NCBI GenBank assembly: GCA_964615045.1
Contig: CAZTOE010000002.1
Coordinates: 1-45,098, forward strand
Source: an uncultured Spirochaetales bacterium
Lineage (GTDB): Bacteria; Myxococcota_A; UBA9160; PR03
Reading direction: 5' to 3'
DNA: 45,098 bases
Program-made: the position numbers and the translations under genes
The notes under the pieces: generated by a model
Database searches by the model: none
What the model was told of the DNA's origin: nothing
Seen by the model: only the letters and a program-made list of their open reading frames with translations
Part shown: in pieces, positions 34,898 through 44,822 of the stretch
How positions within the stretch are numbered: position 1 is the first letter of the stretch
How the letters are laid out: each line of letters starts with the position of its first letter

Positions 34898-37255
34898 CTA
34901 CGAGCGGCGTTCGACGCGAGGGATGGTGAGCCGTACGCCCGTGGGCAGGCTTCCAAAATCGAGACTCGGGTTGTAGTCGCGCAGCAACCATACGGGGACC
35001 CGATAGCGATTCCGCGAGAGCTCCCAAAGCGTCTCCCCGCGGCGCAGCACGTGTTCCCGAGTGCCCTTGATCTCATAATCCTCGAGGTAGGCGAGGCGTA
35101 CCGCGCGGTGGTGCGAGAGGCGCCGCTGTTCGAACTCGGCGGGTGACACCCGACCGAAGTCGAGGCGGATCTTCTGACCGATGCTGATCGAACTCCTGGC
35201 GTGCAAATGGTTCAATTCGCGCAGACGCTGGGTCGGGAGTTCGAGCCAATCGGCGTAATGGCCCAGCGTCTCTCCCGGCTGTACCAGAGTGCGATCGCCC
35301 CCATCCACGGACCAGCGGCTCGGGTCGATCAGCAATAGCCCTTCCGCCACGGCGGAGGCCGGCGTGCGTACCGACATCAACGAAGGCACCGGATCCGGGC
35401 TTCCCAATGGCTCTCCGAGCTCTGCTGCGCCCGGGTCGCGCGGCTCGATCGGGGGGGCGGGTGTCACCGAGGCAATCGACGTCTCGGCCGGAGCTTCGAC
35501 CACGGTGTGTGGGACCTCCGGTGCCGGCTCCGGGGAGGTGATCTCGGCCTGTCGGACCACTTCGGTCCCTTCGGGCGCTTCCGCCACCTCGGCCACTTCG
35601 GGGCGTTGGGAGTCGGTGACTTGGCCGGTCTGCTGGGCGATGACGACTTCGACCGCCGGGCTTACCGCCTGTCGCAATTCGTGCTCCGGAGCCTCTGCCA
35701 GCCGTGTCGCCGTCGCCGCAGCGGCGGCTTCGCGGCCCGGAATCTGGAGCACCTGACCGACTCGGATCTCGTTCGGGTTGCGGATGCCGTTGGCGGCCGT
35801 CAGCTCCGCGGTCGTGAGCCCGACGCGGCGCGCGATCTCGGTCAGGTTCTCACCCCGGCGCACCCGATAGCGATCCCCCTGCCACGCCGGCTCCACGACC
35901 ACGGCGCGGCCGGGCCGCGAAGCCACCTGGTCGGCGGGATCGTCCGGCAGCCGCAAGCGCTGGCCGGCGCGGATGCGATGGGGGCTCCTCAGATTGTTGA
36001 GCGACATGATCGTACGCTGCGACACGCCGTACCGGCGCGCGATGATGGAGAGGGTCTCGCCGGGGCTTATGCGATGAAAGCGGTCGCGCGTCTGGCGGGA
36101 GAACCGCTCGGCCTTGGGAATACTCGCGAGCAGCTGGCTTGCCGGCACCGGGCCGCTGCGCTTTGGGAGCTTCAAGCTAAACCCCTCCGGCACACGCTTT
36201 TTTCCGGTCCACACCGCTGGTCGCAGCGAGGGATTGAGTTCCTGCAGCAGGCCGACTTCGACGCCGAAGGTCCGCGCCAGGCTGGCGCCCGGGTAGTAGG
36301 CGTCGACTATCACGGTATCCACGGACAGGGGTTCCTCATATTGAAGCGCTCCGAAGAAGGCCTCCGGGTTCGAGTCGATGTCGAGGGCCGCTAGAAACTC
36401 GCAGTAGAAGTTGCGCGAGGCGAAGCCGAAGGTGCGACTCTGGTAGCGCTCGATCACGACGTCGATATCGCGGGTGCCGAGTTTGCGCACCGCGCGCATC
36501 ATACCTGCCGCGCCGTGGTTGTAGGCGGTGATCGCCAGCGGCCAGCTCTGGGTGCGCTCGTAGTTCTCGCGCAGCAACGCAGCCGCGGCCACCGTCGCGG
36601 TGTGGGGGTCCATGCGTTCGTCACTCACCGAGTCGATCCGCAGGAAACGGCGGCCGGTCGACCGCGTGAACTGCCACAGGCCCGCGGCCCCGACCTTCGA
36701 ATAGGCTCGCGGGTTGAAGGAAGACTCGACGTGCGGGATCGCGGCGAGCCCCGTCGGCAAGCCCCGCTCGCCCAACACCTCGTGAATGTGGTCGCGCCAT
36801 CGGCCCGAGCGAATCAGTCCGTCGCGAAACTTGTCGGCTTGGCCGCGCTGAAAGCGGACGCGGTGCGCCGCCAGGCGCAAGGTCCGGTTGGACACGTCGT
36901 CGGGCCAGAGCGCGAGTACGCGCCGCTCTTCGTCGCTCAAGTTGCTGCGGCGACCGGTACCCAGCAGGTTCAGGATGTCTTGGTAGCGTTGTTTGATGCT
37001 CCGAATGCGGTGATCGCGCGCCCGCCGAGAGAGACCCGGCGGGATCGAGGCGACCTCGTACACCACGTCGAGGTTTTCCGAGTCGTGAATCAGGCCGGCA
37101 TCGGTACCAACTTCGGTGTAGACGCGAGTCCAGAACGCCACCCGCGGCTCGAGGGCGGGCGGCCGCGGAAACCATTGCTCCGCCCGGGCCGGTGTCGGGA
37201 CGGCGAGCAGCGAAGCGAGGAACGCAGCGATGAACAGTGCTTGGACGCGACGCAT
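34898..37255 (-). CDS. mltD: Membrane-bound lytic murein transglycosylase D-like protein with four LysM domains
   Basis: The signal peptide is MRRVQALFIAAFLASLLAVPTPARA. The SLT catalytic region is IPHVESSFNPRAYSKVGAAGLWQF. There are four LysM-like repeats (e.g. HRISPGETLSIIARRYGVSQRTIMSLNNL, YRVRRGENLTEIARRVGLTTAELTAANGI). Alternative upstream starts are ATG 37270 and GTG 37282. Confidence 0.85.
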   Translation of the reverse strand: MRRVQALFIAAFLASLLAVPTPARAEQWFPRPPALEPRVAFWTRVYTEVGTDAGLIHDSENLDVVYEVASIPPGLSRRARDHRIRSIKQRYQDILNLLGTGRRSNLSDEERRVLALWPDDVSNRTLRLAAHRVRFQRGQADKFRDGLIRSGRWRDHIHEVLGERGLPTGLAAIPHVESSFNPRAYSKVGAAGLWQFTRSTGRRFLRIDSVSDERMDPHTATVAAAALLRENYERTQSWPLAITAYNHGAAGMMRAVRKLGTRDIDVVIERYQSRTFGFASRNFYCEFLAALDIDSNPEAFFGALQYEEPLSVDTVIVDAYYPGASLARTFGVEVGLLQELNPSLRPAVWTGKKRVPEGFSLKLPKRSGPVPASQLLASIPKAERFSRQTRDRFHRISPGETLSIIARRYGVSQRTIMSLNNLRSPHRIRAGQRLRLPDDPADQVASRPGRAVVVEPAWQGDRYRVRRGENLTEIARRVGLTTAELTAANGIRNPNEIRVGQVLQIPGREAAAAATATRLAEAPEHELRQAVSPAVEVVIAQQTGQVTDSQRPEVAEVAEAPEGTEVVRQAEITSPEPAPEVPHTVVEAPAETSIASVTPAPPIEPRDPGAAELGEPLGSPDPVPSLMSVRTPASAVAEGLLLIDPSRWSVDGGDRTLVQPGETLGHYADWLELPTQRLRELNHLHARSSISIGQKIRLDFGRVSPAEFEQRRLSHHRAVRLAYLEDYEIKGTREHVLRRGETLWELSRNRYRVPVWLLRDYNPSLDFGSLPTGVRLTIPRVERRS

Positions 37256-37309
37256 GGGCCCTTTTTGCATCGGCAAAGGCACGGCAAGACCTGATCCGGA
37301 AAGCTGGCC

Positions 37310-38818
37310 TTAACGCCGTCTTCCCTTGCGGCGATCCTTGCGCGCCTGCTTGCGTTTTCGCTTGCTCTGCTGGCGCTTGCGGGCGATCGCCCCGGCCGGC
37401 ACGCGGCGCCCGGCTCCGCCCGCGCCGAGCCCCTCCAGAAGGCTCGGATCGAGTCCGGAAGCCCCTGCCAGCTTGCCGAGGCCGGGGACGTTCGCCAACA
37501 GGCCCCCGCCGCTTCCCAGGGACTGCATCATCTCCTGCATCTGACCGAACCGCTTGACCAGATCGGTGACGTCGCTCTGCTGGCGCCCGCTGCCGCGGGC
37601 AATGCGGCTGGCACGGCTGCGCTCGATCCGCTCGGGGTGCTTGCGCTCAATCGGGGTCATCGACTGGATCATGGACTCGACCTTGCCGAGCTCGCGCTCG
37701 TCGGCCTGCGCGGCGAGCTGGCCGAACCCCGGCATCTTGGCAAGGACGTCGCCCAGTGGACCCATCTTCTGGATCAGGCGGAGCTGCTTCAATAGGTCGT
37801 CCATCCCGAACTGCCCCTTCAGGATGCGCTCCGCGTCGGCCTCCGCCTCCTCCTCATCGGCGACAGCCTCGAAGTCTTCGACGAGGCCCACGATGTCGCC
37901 CATCCCTAGGATCCGGGAAGCGAGCCCCTCGGGGCGGAACGTCTCGATGCGGTCCAACGCCTCGCCGGTGCCGAGGAACTTGATGGGGACCCCGGTCACC
38001 GCCTTCACGGCGAGGGCGGCCCCACCACGGGCGTCGCCGTCGAGCTTCGTCATGACCAGGCCGTCGAGCGGCAAGCTCTTGGCGAAGGTTTCGGCCACCT
38101 GGACCGCATCGCGACCCATCAGGGCGTCGCAGACCAGGAGGGTGTTGGCGGGCTCGACGGCCTCTGAAACCTCCCGCAGCTCGTCCATCAACTCCTCATC
38201 CACCGCCAGGCGCCCGGCCGTGTCGTAGATGATCGCGTCGAACCCTTCGCGCCGAGCCCGCTCTGACGCCCGCCGGCTGATGGCCACGGCGCCTTCCGCG
38301 GGGGGCTCGGCGTGGACCGTCACCCCGATGCGCTCGCCAAGCTGTTGGAGCTGTTGGATGGCCGCGGGCCGTTGGACATCGCCCGCGACCAGCAGCGGCC
38401 GGCGCCCCTGATGCTTCAGGTGGCTCGCGAGCTTGGCGGCGACGGTGGTCTTGCCCACGCCCTGCAGGCCGAGCAGCAGGATCGACACCGAGCCGCGCTT
38501 GTCGCGGCTGAGCTTGGTGTCGACGGGGCCCATGAGCGCTTCGAGCTCACTCTGGCAAACCGCGACGAACTGTTGGCTCGGGTTGACGCGGACGGCGCGG
38601 CCACGGCGGTCGCGAGCCCGAGTGCGGACCCGCTCGCCGAGGGTGCGCTCCTTGACCCGCTCGAGGAACGAGCGGACGACGCCAAGGTCGACATCCGCTT
38701 CGAGTAGCGACATGCGGACGTCGCGCAGGGCCTCGGCGATGTTCTCCTCGTTGAGCTCGCGGACTCCGCGCAGGCGGTCGCGCGCCGCGCCGAACCCCCG
38801 ACTGAGCGTTTCCAGCAT
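37310..38818 (-). CDS. ffh: Signal recognition particle protein Ffh
   Basis: N domain (MLETLSRGFGAARDRLRG...), G domain (LLLGLQGVGKTTVAAKLA, DTAGR, TKLDGDARGG), a Met-rich M domain, and an unusually basic C-terminal tail. Confidence 0.93.
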   Translation of the reverse strand: MLETLSRGFGAARDRLRGVRELNEENIAEALRDVRMSLLEADVDLGVVRSFLERVKERTLGERVRTRARDRRGRAVRVNPSQQFVAVCQSELEALMGPVDTKLSRDKRGSVSILLLGLQGVGKTTVAAKLASHLKHQGRRPLLVAGDVQRPAAIQQLQQLGERIGVTVHAEPPAEGAVAISRRASERARREGFDAIIYDTAGRLAVDEELMDELREVSEAVEPANTLLVCDALMGRDAVQVAETFAKSLPLDGLVMTKLDGDARGGAALAVKAVTGVPIKFLGTGEALDRIETFRPEGLASRILGMGDIVGLVEDFEAVADEEEAEADAERILKGQFGMDDLLKQLRLIQKMGPLGDVLAKMPGFGQLAAQADERELGKVESMIQSMTPIERKHPERIERSRASRIARGSGRQQSDVTDLVKRFGQMQEMMQSLGSGGGLLANVPGLGKLAGASGLDPSLLEGLGAGGAGRRVPAGAIARKRQQSKRKRKQARKDRRKGRRR

Positions 38819-38883
38819 CAGCGCAGGATACGCGATCGGCCGGAGCCTTGCCCCGGCGCGGCGCCCCGTGCTAGAGCCCCGGC

Positions 38884-40233
38884 GTGTTCAAGCGCGTCTT
38901 GGTGGCCAACCGGGGCGAGATCGCGCGCCGCGTGATCCGCGGCTGTCGCGAGCTCGGGATCGAGGCGGTGGCGGTGTTCTCCGAAGCCGACGCCGAGGCC
39001 CTCCACGTCCGCGAGGCCGATCACGCGGTAGCCATCGGTCCGGCGGCTCCCCGAGATTCGTATCTGAAGCTCGACGCGGTACTCGAGGCCGCCCGCGCGA
39101 GCGACGCCGACGCCGTCCACCCCGGGTACGGCTTCCTGTCGGAAAACGCCGACTTTGCGCGGGCGGTTGCGGCGGCGGGGTTGACCTTCGTGGGCCCGGC
39201 CCCCGAGGCGATCGAAGCGATGGGGCACAAGGCCCGCGCCCGCGAGCGCATGGAGCAGGTCGGCGTTCCGGTGGTGCCGGGAAGCGGCTTGCTGGCCTCC
39301 GAAGGGGAAGCGGTCCGCGCCGCGGTGGCGATCGGCTACCCCGTGATGATCAAGGCCGCTGCCGGCGGGGGAGGTATCGGGATGGCTCCCGCTGCCGACG
39401 AAAATGCTCTGCGTCGCGCTCTGAAGAGCGCCCGGGCTCGTGCCGAGTCGGCCTTTGGGGATGGATCGCTCTATCTCGAGCGCCTCGTCTCGGGCGCGCG
39501 CCACATCGAAGTTCAAATCGCTGCCGATCGGGCGGGCCACACGGTGCACCTGTTCGAACGCGAATGTTCGTTGCAGCGCCGACACCAGAAGGTGCTGGAG
39601 GAGGCACCGAGTCCGGCCGTCGGCCCCGCACTCCGAGAGGCGTTGGGTGACGCCGCGCTGCGCGCTGCCCGCGCCATCAACTACGCGACCGTCGGCACCG
39701 TGGAGTTCTTGCTCGGAGCGGACGGAGCCTTTTACTTCATGGAGATGAATACGCGACTTCAAGTCGAACACCCCGTCACCGAGGCGACCACCGGGATCGA
39801 TCTCGTGGTGCTCCAACTGCGACTCGCGGCGGGGGAGCCGCTTCCCGTCGAGCAAGCGGCCATCAGCCCGCGCGGTCACGCCCTCGAGCTTCGCGTCTAC
39901 GCCGAGAACCCAGACAAGAATTTTCTCCCCTCCCCGGGCACCATCGAACGGCTCCGCTGGCCCGAGGGCGAGGGCGTGCGCGTCGACGCGGGGGTCGAGG
40001 AGGGGACGGTGGTGACGCCCTTCTACGATCCGTTGTTGGCCAAGTTGATCGTCTCCGGCGATCGCCGTGAACGATCGATCGAGCGCGCGCTCGCCGCGCT
40101 GGAATGCACCGAGATCGAGGGGGTCCACACCAATTTGAGCCTCCACGCGGAAATCCTGCGCGACGCGGCCTTTCGGCGCGGCGAGACGACAACGCATTTT
40201 CTGGGTCAGCTGGTGGCGGCCCGCCGGAGGTGA
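38884..40233 (+). CDS. accC: Biotin carboxylase (acetyl/acyl-CoA carboxylase subunit AccC type)
   Basis: GTG start followed by FKRVLVANRGEIARRVIRGCRELGIE. Carries an ATP-grasp region (YPVMIKAAAGGGGIGM), plus EMNTRLQVEHPVTE and YDPLLAKLIV. Confidence 0.9.
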   Translation: MFKRVLVANRGEIARRVIRGCRELGIEAVAVFSEADAEALHVREADHAVAIGPAAPRDSYLKLDAVLEAARASDADAVHPGYGFLSENADFARAVAAAGLTFVGPAPEAIEAMGHKARARERMEQVGVPVVPGSGLLASEGEAVRAAVAIGYPVMIKAAAGGGGIGMAPAADENALRRALKSARARAESAFGDGSLYLERLVSGARHIEVQIAADRAGHTVHLFERECSLQRRHQKVLEEAPSPAVGPALREALGDAALRAARAINYATVGTVEFLLGADGAFYFMEMNTRLQVEHPVTEATTGIDLVVLQLRLAAGEPLPVEQAAISPRGHALELRVYAENPDKNFLPSPGTIERLRWPEGEGVRVDAGVEEGTVVTPFYDPLLAKLIVSGDRRERSIERALAALECTEIEGVHTNLSLHAEILRDAAFRRGETTTHFLGQLVAARRR

Positions 40234-40240
40234 GTGCGTA

Positions 40241-40456
40241 ATGGCGACGGAAGTGGAAGCCCAGATCACGGGCAATATCTGGAAGATCGAGAGAGCGGCG
40301 GGCGACACGCTGGCGGAAGGGGAAGTGATCCTCATCATGGAGTCGATGAAGATGGAGATCCCCGTCGAGGCGCCCTGCGGAGGGACGCTTCGAGAAGTTC
40401 GCGTCGCCGAGGGTGACGCCGTCGAAGAAGGCGCCATTCTGGCGTTGATCGATTAG
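40241..40456 (+). CDS. Minimal (71 aa) biotin carboxyl carrier / biotinyl-domain protein
   Basis: GEVILIMESMKMEIPVEAP contains the (E/A)-M-K-M biotinylation motif. There is no N-terminal linker or oligomerisation region. GGAGG lies 10 nt upstream of the ATG. Confidence 0.8.
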   Translation: MATEVEAQITGNIWKIERAAGDTLAEGEVILIMESMKMEIPVEAPCGGTLREVRVAEGDAVEEGAILALID

Positions 40457-40481
40457 CGCCGTCGCGCGTCGGAGGGCCGCC

Positions 40482-41363
40482 TTGGCCACCGCTCCCGAGC
40501 ATCCCCATCCGGACCGGTCGCCGCGGGTCCGGCTCCTCGACGCCAAGACCCGGGACGTCGCGCGGGCGTTTTTGCGCCGTGAGCCAGAACGCAATCTTTT
40601 CCTCCTCGATCTCGTCAGTCGGGTAGGGCGCCCGTCCGCGTCGGAAGTGACGCCCTCTGCCTTGGGGGTTTGGCAAGGCGAAGCGCTAATCGGCGTCGCG
40701 TCGTTGCGCCCCACAATCGCTATTGATGCCGAGCTCGAAGGCGAAGCGCTCGATATGCTTTGCGAGCCCCTGTCCCGTCTCCAGACCGGTCTGATCCGGT
40801 CGCTTCCCGCTCAAGTCGAGCGGGTCTGGCAACGGCTCGCCGCCGCCGGACGCCGAACCCAGGTGGACCGGATCGAACAGACCCTGGGGCTCTACCCCCC
40901 CCAACGACCTCGCTGGAGTCCGTCCGGATCGATGCGGGTGCGGGAAGCGGTGCTGGCCGACCTCGAGGCGCTCGTCGAAGCGGCGCGACGAAGTTTGCGC
41001 GAGGAGGGCCGCCCCGATCCCTTCGTCGGCGATGCGCGCGGATTCCGCCGTTGGGTGCGCGCTCGATTGCCGCGGGCCATGGTCGCTGAGCGCGACGGCC
41101 ACGTCGTGTTCGTGGCCTACGCCGATGTTCAGCTGCAGCTTGGCTGGCTGGTTCAGGGCGTCTACACGTGGCCCGAGGCGCGCCGCCAGGGTTTCGCGGC
41201 CGCGGGCGTCGCGGCGCTTTGCGCCAAGGCGTTTGCGGCCGGCGCCCGACACGTGCAGCTTTCGGTCGTCTTGGGCAACGAAGCGGCCTTCGGCCTCTAC
41301 GCGAAGCTCGGCTTCCGACGTCGCAACAAGCTTCGCACTCTACTGTTCACGGGGGCGGGCTGA
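40482..41363 (+). CDS. GNAT-family N-acetyltransferase with N-terminal uncharacterised domain
   Basis: The C-terminal region VQGVYTWPEARRQGFAAAGVAALC...LYAKLGF contains GNAT motif A (R-x-x-G-x-A). TTG 40482 follows GGAGGG 5 nt upstream. Confidence 0.7.
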   Translation: MATAPEHPHPDRSPRVRLLDAKTRDVARAFLRREPERNLFLLDLVSRVGRPSASEVTPSALGVWQGEALIGVASLRPTIAIDAELEGEALDMLCEPLSRLQTGLIRSLPAQVERVWQRLAAAGRRTQVDRIEQTLGLYPPQRPRWSPSGSMRVREAVLADLEALVEAARRSLREEGRPDPFVGDARGFRRWVRARLPRAMVAERDGHVVFVAYADVQLQLGWLVQGVYTWPEARRQGFAAAGVAALCAKAFAAGARHVQLSVVLGNEAAFGLYAKLGFRRRNKLRTLLFTGAG

Positions 41364-41398
41364 GTCCCGCGAGGCTAGCCTCAGCTGAGGGGATACGC

Positions 41399-42241
41399 AT
41401 GGCACTGCTCACGGGAAAGGTCGCAATCGTTACCGGCGCCGGCGGCGGGATCGGGCGCGCACACGCCCTCGCTCTCGCCAAAGCCGGCGCCGCGGTGGTG
41501 GTCAACGATCTCGGTGGCGCCCGCGACGGCTCCGGCGGCGGACAAACGATGGCAGATGACGTCGTTGAGGAGATCCGCAAGGGAGGCGGCGAGGCTGCGG
41601 CGAACTACGACACAGTGGCGACCGTGGCCGGCGGCGAGCGCATCGTGGCAAGCGCCCTTGAACATTTTGGCCGGCTGGACATCGTGGTCAACAACGCCGG
41701 AATCCTGCGCGACAAGACCTTGGCGAAGATGGACGAAGAGATGTGGGACGCGGTGATCGCGGTCCACCTGAAGGGGACCTATTGCGTCTCGCGCCCCGCC
41801 TTTCTCCGCATGAAGGCGCAGGGCGAGGGAGGCTCGATCATCAACACTTCGTCGACCTCGGGCCTCGAGGGCAATTTCGGCCAGACCAACTACGGTGCCG
41901 CCAAGGCGGGTATCGCAGGCTTTACCCGCTGTCTCGCCCTCGAAGGTGAGCGCGACGGGATCCGCGTCAACGCGATCGCTCCGGTGGCGTTCACCCGCAT
42001 GACCGAGGACCTTCAGGCGGCGCAGAGTGATGCCTTCCGCAGCCTGACCCCCGACTTGATCGCACCCCTGATCGTCTATCTCGCGAGCGATCTCGCGCGC
42101 GAAGTGACGAAACGGATTTTCTTCGTGGGCGGAGGTCGCATTGCCGAAATGCGTATGGTCCGCACCGAAGGCGTCACCGCCGGGGAGGGACTGTGGACGC
42201 CGGAAGCGATCGCCGACTCGATGGAGGCCATCCTCAGCTGA
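41399..42241 (+). CDS. Classical SDR, MFE-2 / (3R)-hydroxyacyl-CoA dehydrogenase-like
   Basis: Carries GKVAIVTGAGGGIGRA, VVVNDLGG...VVEEIRKGGGEAAANYD (MFE-2 type), NNAG, and the catalytic NYGAAKAG (YxxxK). ATG 41399 has GAGGGG 6 nt upstream. The earlier part of track ORF 41168 overlaps the GNAT gene. Confidence 0.8.
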   Translation: MALLTGKVAIVTGAGGGIGRAHALALAKAGAAVVVNDLGGARDGSGGGQTMADDVVEEIRKGGGEAAANYDTVATVAGGERIVASALEHFGRLDIVVNNAGILRDKTLAKMDEEMWDAVIAVHLKGTYCVSRPAFLRMKAQGEGGSIINTSSTSGLEGNFGQTNYGAAKAGIAGFTRCLALEGERDGIRVNAIAPVAFTRMTEDLQAAQSDAFRSLTPDLIAPLIVYLASDLAREVTKRIFFVGGGRIAEMRMVRTEGVTAGEGLWTPEAIADSMEAILS

Positions 42242-42273
42242 GCGCAGCGCCCACGCGCGATCCGCTCTCGGCG

Positions 42274-44808
42274 ATGACGGTTCGCTTCAACTGGTGGGCG
42301 CGCAGCTTCGCGAGGCGTTTCTTTCGCGATCTGGGGCTCGACCCGCAGACCGTCGAGCGCCTTCGGGCGCTCGAGGCCCGCGGCACCGTGATCTATACGA
42401 TGCACTACGCGAGCCGGCTCGACTATTTCTTGATGAACGCGCTCTTCTTGCGCCATGGTCTGCGCCTTTCGAGCTTGGCCAATGGAATTCGTTTCGACTA
42501 CTACGGGCCGCTCTGGGCCGCGCTGCGCTCGCGCTACTCGTTGTGGCGTCGCGGGGAACTCGGCAAGCGCGCGGTCGATCGCACGCCCCTCTCGACGCTC
42601 CTGCGTCAACCGCGCTCGTTGTTCGTGTTTCTGCGCACGGCGCGGCTGCGAACTTGGTTGCGCGGGCGCCGCCACGCGGCCGCGATCGAGCGCTCGGACC
42701 GACGCATCCTCGATTACGCCCTCGGGCGCGCGCGCGATGGAGATGCGATCTACGTGGTGCCCCTGGCGCTCTTCTGGCGCAAGGGGCCCCGCAACCAGCG
42801 CCGCTTTCTCAACCTGGCCTACGGGGCCCCGACCCGGCCCGGCGACTTTGCCAAGGTGACCGGCTTCCTGGTCAACTATCGAAGCTTGGCGGTCAAGGTG
42901 GGAGGGGCCCTCGACCTACGTCAGTTCGTGGCCGATCGCGCCGAGGAGCCGCGCGATACCTGGGTGCGCAAACTCCGTCGTCTCGCCCTGATCCTGCTCT
43001 CGCGCGAAGAGAAAGTCGTGGAGGGCCCCTCGCTGCGACCGCGTTACAAGGTCGCCCAGCGTGTTCTCAGCAGCGCCCGGGTTCAAGCGGCGATGGCCGA
43101 GCGGGCGCGCGAGCGCAAGCGCTCTCCCGAGGCGGCGCGCCGCGAGGCCGAAAAGTTCTTTGGCGAGATCGCGGCCTCGATGAACTCCACGTTTCTCGCG
43201 GTTCTGAACACGATCGTCACCGCGATCTTTCGGCGCCTGTTCCATTCGGTCGAGGCTCTGGGAATCGAGCAAGTGGCCCAAGTGGCACGCCGCAATCCCG
43301 TGGTGCTGGTTCCCAACCACCGCTCGTATTTCGACTTCCTGTTGCTGTCCTGGCTCTGCTACTCGCATTATCTGGTTCCCCCCCATATCGCGGCGCGCGA
43401 GAACATGTCGTTCGGGCCCTTCGGGTACATTTTTCGCCGGGCCGGGGCGTTCTTTCTGAGGCGTTCCTTCGCCGATCCGCTCTACAAAGAAGTGTTTCGC
43501 GCCTACGTATCGTACCTGGTGCGCGAGGGATTCCCGCAGGAGTTCTTCATCGAGGGTGGGCGCTCGCGCACCGGGCGCACCCTGACCCCCAAGCTCGGCA
43601 TGCTCTCCTGGAATGTGGAGGCCTTCCTGGATTCCGGGCGGCGCGATCTCTTCTTCATCCCCGTCTCGATCACCTACGAGCGATTGGTGGAGGAGGGGGC
43701 GATGCTTTCGGAACTCGCCGGGGGTGCGAAGCAAAGTGAGAGCGTGTTCGGGCTCTTGCGCGCCCGAAAGGTCTTGCGCCGGCGTTGGGGCAGCGCCTTC
43801 GTCCGGTTCGGCGAGCCGATTTCACTGGCCGCGTTCTTCGGCGAAGATCGCGCCCGGTTCGCGGCCGAACACGCGGAGCGTGACCGCGCCGACAAACGCG
43901 CACGCGTGGCCGATCTGGGCAACGAGATCGTCGAGCGGATCAACGCGGCGACCGTGGTCAACGCGACGTCGGTCGCGGCGGCGGTGTTTCTCGGCGCGGC
44001 GCGACCGGGGCTTTTGCGCGCCGAGCTCACCCGCCGGATGCAGGCGACCGTCGAGCTCCTGCGGGTGCAGGGCGCGCGGCTCACGCCGGCCCTCGCCCAA
44101 GACACCGGCGATTTCGAGGAATCGATCGCGTTTCTGTTGCGGAGCGACCTGATCCGGTCGGTTCAAGATCCCCGGGGCGAGATCCTCTACTTCGAACCCT
44201 CAAAGCGACCCGCGCTCGATCTCTATCGAAACGCGATCCTCCACTTTCTCGCGCCTTCAAGCTTCCTGGCGCGCAAACTCCTGCTAGGCGCCAGCCGCGC
44301 AGAGTTGCGGGAAGACTTGGCGTTCTGGCTGGATCTCTTCTACGACGAGTTCTTCAACCCCCGGCGCCGGGTTCTCGAGCGGGAGTTCGATGCCTACCTC
44401 CATCACTTCGAAACGCTGGGCCTCATCGAGCGCGAAGAAGTGGTGCTTCGCGCGACCGAGAAGGGGCGCAGTACGCTCGAGGCCCTGAGTCTCCAGACGC
44501 AGGGCTTGATTGAGGCCTACGCTGCCGCGTTCCGGGCCGCCCTCAATCTCGCGGCACCGGTCTCCTCGAAACAACTCGAGCGCGAGGCCGCCGAGGCCTT
44601 CACCCGCAGCGCGCTCCTCGGACAGGTCCGCAGCCCCGAGGTCGGCAGTCGGGCCACCTTCGCGAATGCTTTCGACGCGTTGGCCTGTCGCACGGTCTTG
44701 ACACGCCACCCCTCCGACGGACGAGAGCTCTATTACGGCCGCGGCGAACGTTTCGACGACCTCGTCTCGCTCTGCGCGCGGCTGGCAGTGGTGCTCGGAG
44801 ACCGGTAG
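42274..44808 (+). CDS. plsB: Glycerol-3-phosphate acyltransferase PlsB
   Basis: About 844 aa. Carries the HX4D block [12 protein letters not shown], plus [24 protein letters not shown] and [13 protein letters not shown] 42274 lies 32 nt after the SDR stop. Confidence 0.88.
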   Translation: MTVRFNWWARSFARRFFRDLGLDPQTVERLRALEARGTVIYTMHYASRLDYFLMNALFLRHGLRLSSLANGIRFDYYGPLWAALRSRYSLWRRGELGKRAVDRTPLSTLLRQPRSLFVFLRTARLRTWLRGRRHAAAIERSDRRILDYALGRARDGDAIYVVPLALFWRKGPRNQRRFLNLAYGAPTRPGDFAKVTGFLVNYRSLAVKVGGALDLRQFVADRAEEPRDTWVRKLRRLALILLSREEKVVEGPSLRPRYKVAQRVLSSARVQAAMAERARERKRSPEAARREAEKFFGEIAASMNSTFLAVLNTIVTAIFRRLFHSVEALGIEQVAQVARRNPVVLVPNHRSYFDFLLLSWLCYSHYLVPPHIAARENMSFGPFGYIFRRAGAFFLRRSFADPLYKEVFRAYVSYLVREGFPQEFFIEGGRSRTGRTLTPKLGMLSWNVEAFLDSGRRDLFFIPVSITYERLVEEGAMLSELAGGAKQSESVFGLLRARKVLRRRWGSAFVRFGEPISLAAFFGEDRARFAAEHAERDRADKRARVADLGNEIVERINAATVVNATSVAAAVFLGAARPGLLRAELTRRMQATVELLRVQGARLTPALAQDTGDFEESIAFLLRSDLIRSVQDPRGEILYFEPSKRPALDLYRNAILHFLAPSSFLARKLLLGASRAELREDLAFWLDLFYDEFFNPRRRVLEREFDAYLHHFETLGLIEREEVVLRATEKGRSTLEALSLQTQGLIEAYAAAFRAALNLAAPVSSKQLEREAAEAFTRSALLGQVRSPEVGSRATFANAFDALACRTVLTRHPSDGRELYYGRGERFDDLVSLCARLAVVLGDR

Positions 44809-44822
44809 CCTCCCCGGCCACC

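Noticed and set aside
41379-41390. 12-nt perfect palindrome CCTCAGCTGAGG between the GNAT and SDR genes, considered as an operator or an SD-sequestering hairpin.
   Set aside because: It has no loop, so at most a 4-bp stem can form. It is a single copy, and its right half simply coincides with the GAGGGG Shine-Dalgarno sequence of the SDR gene.
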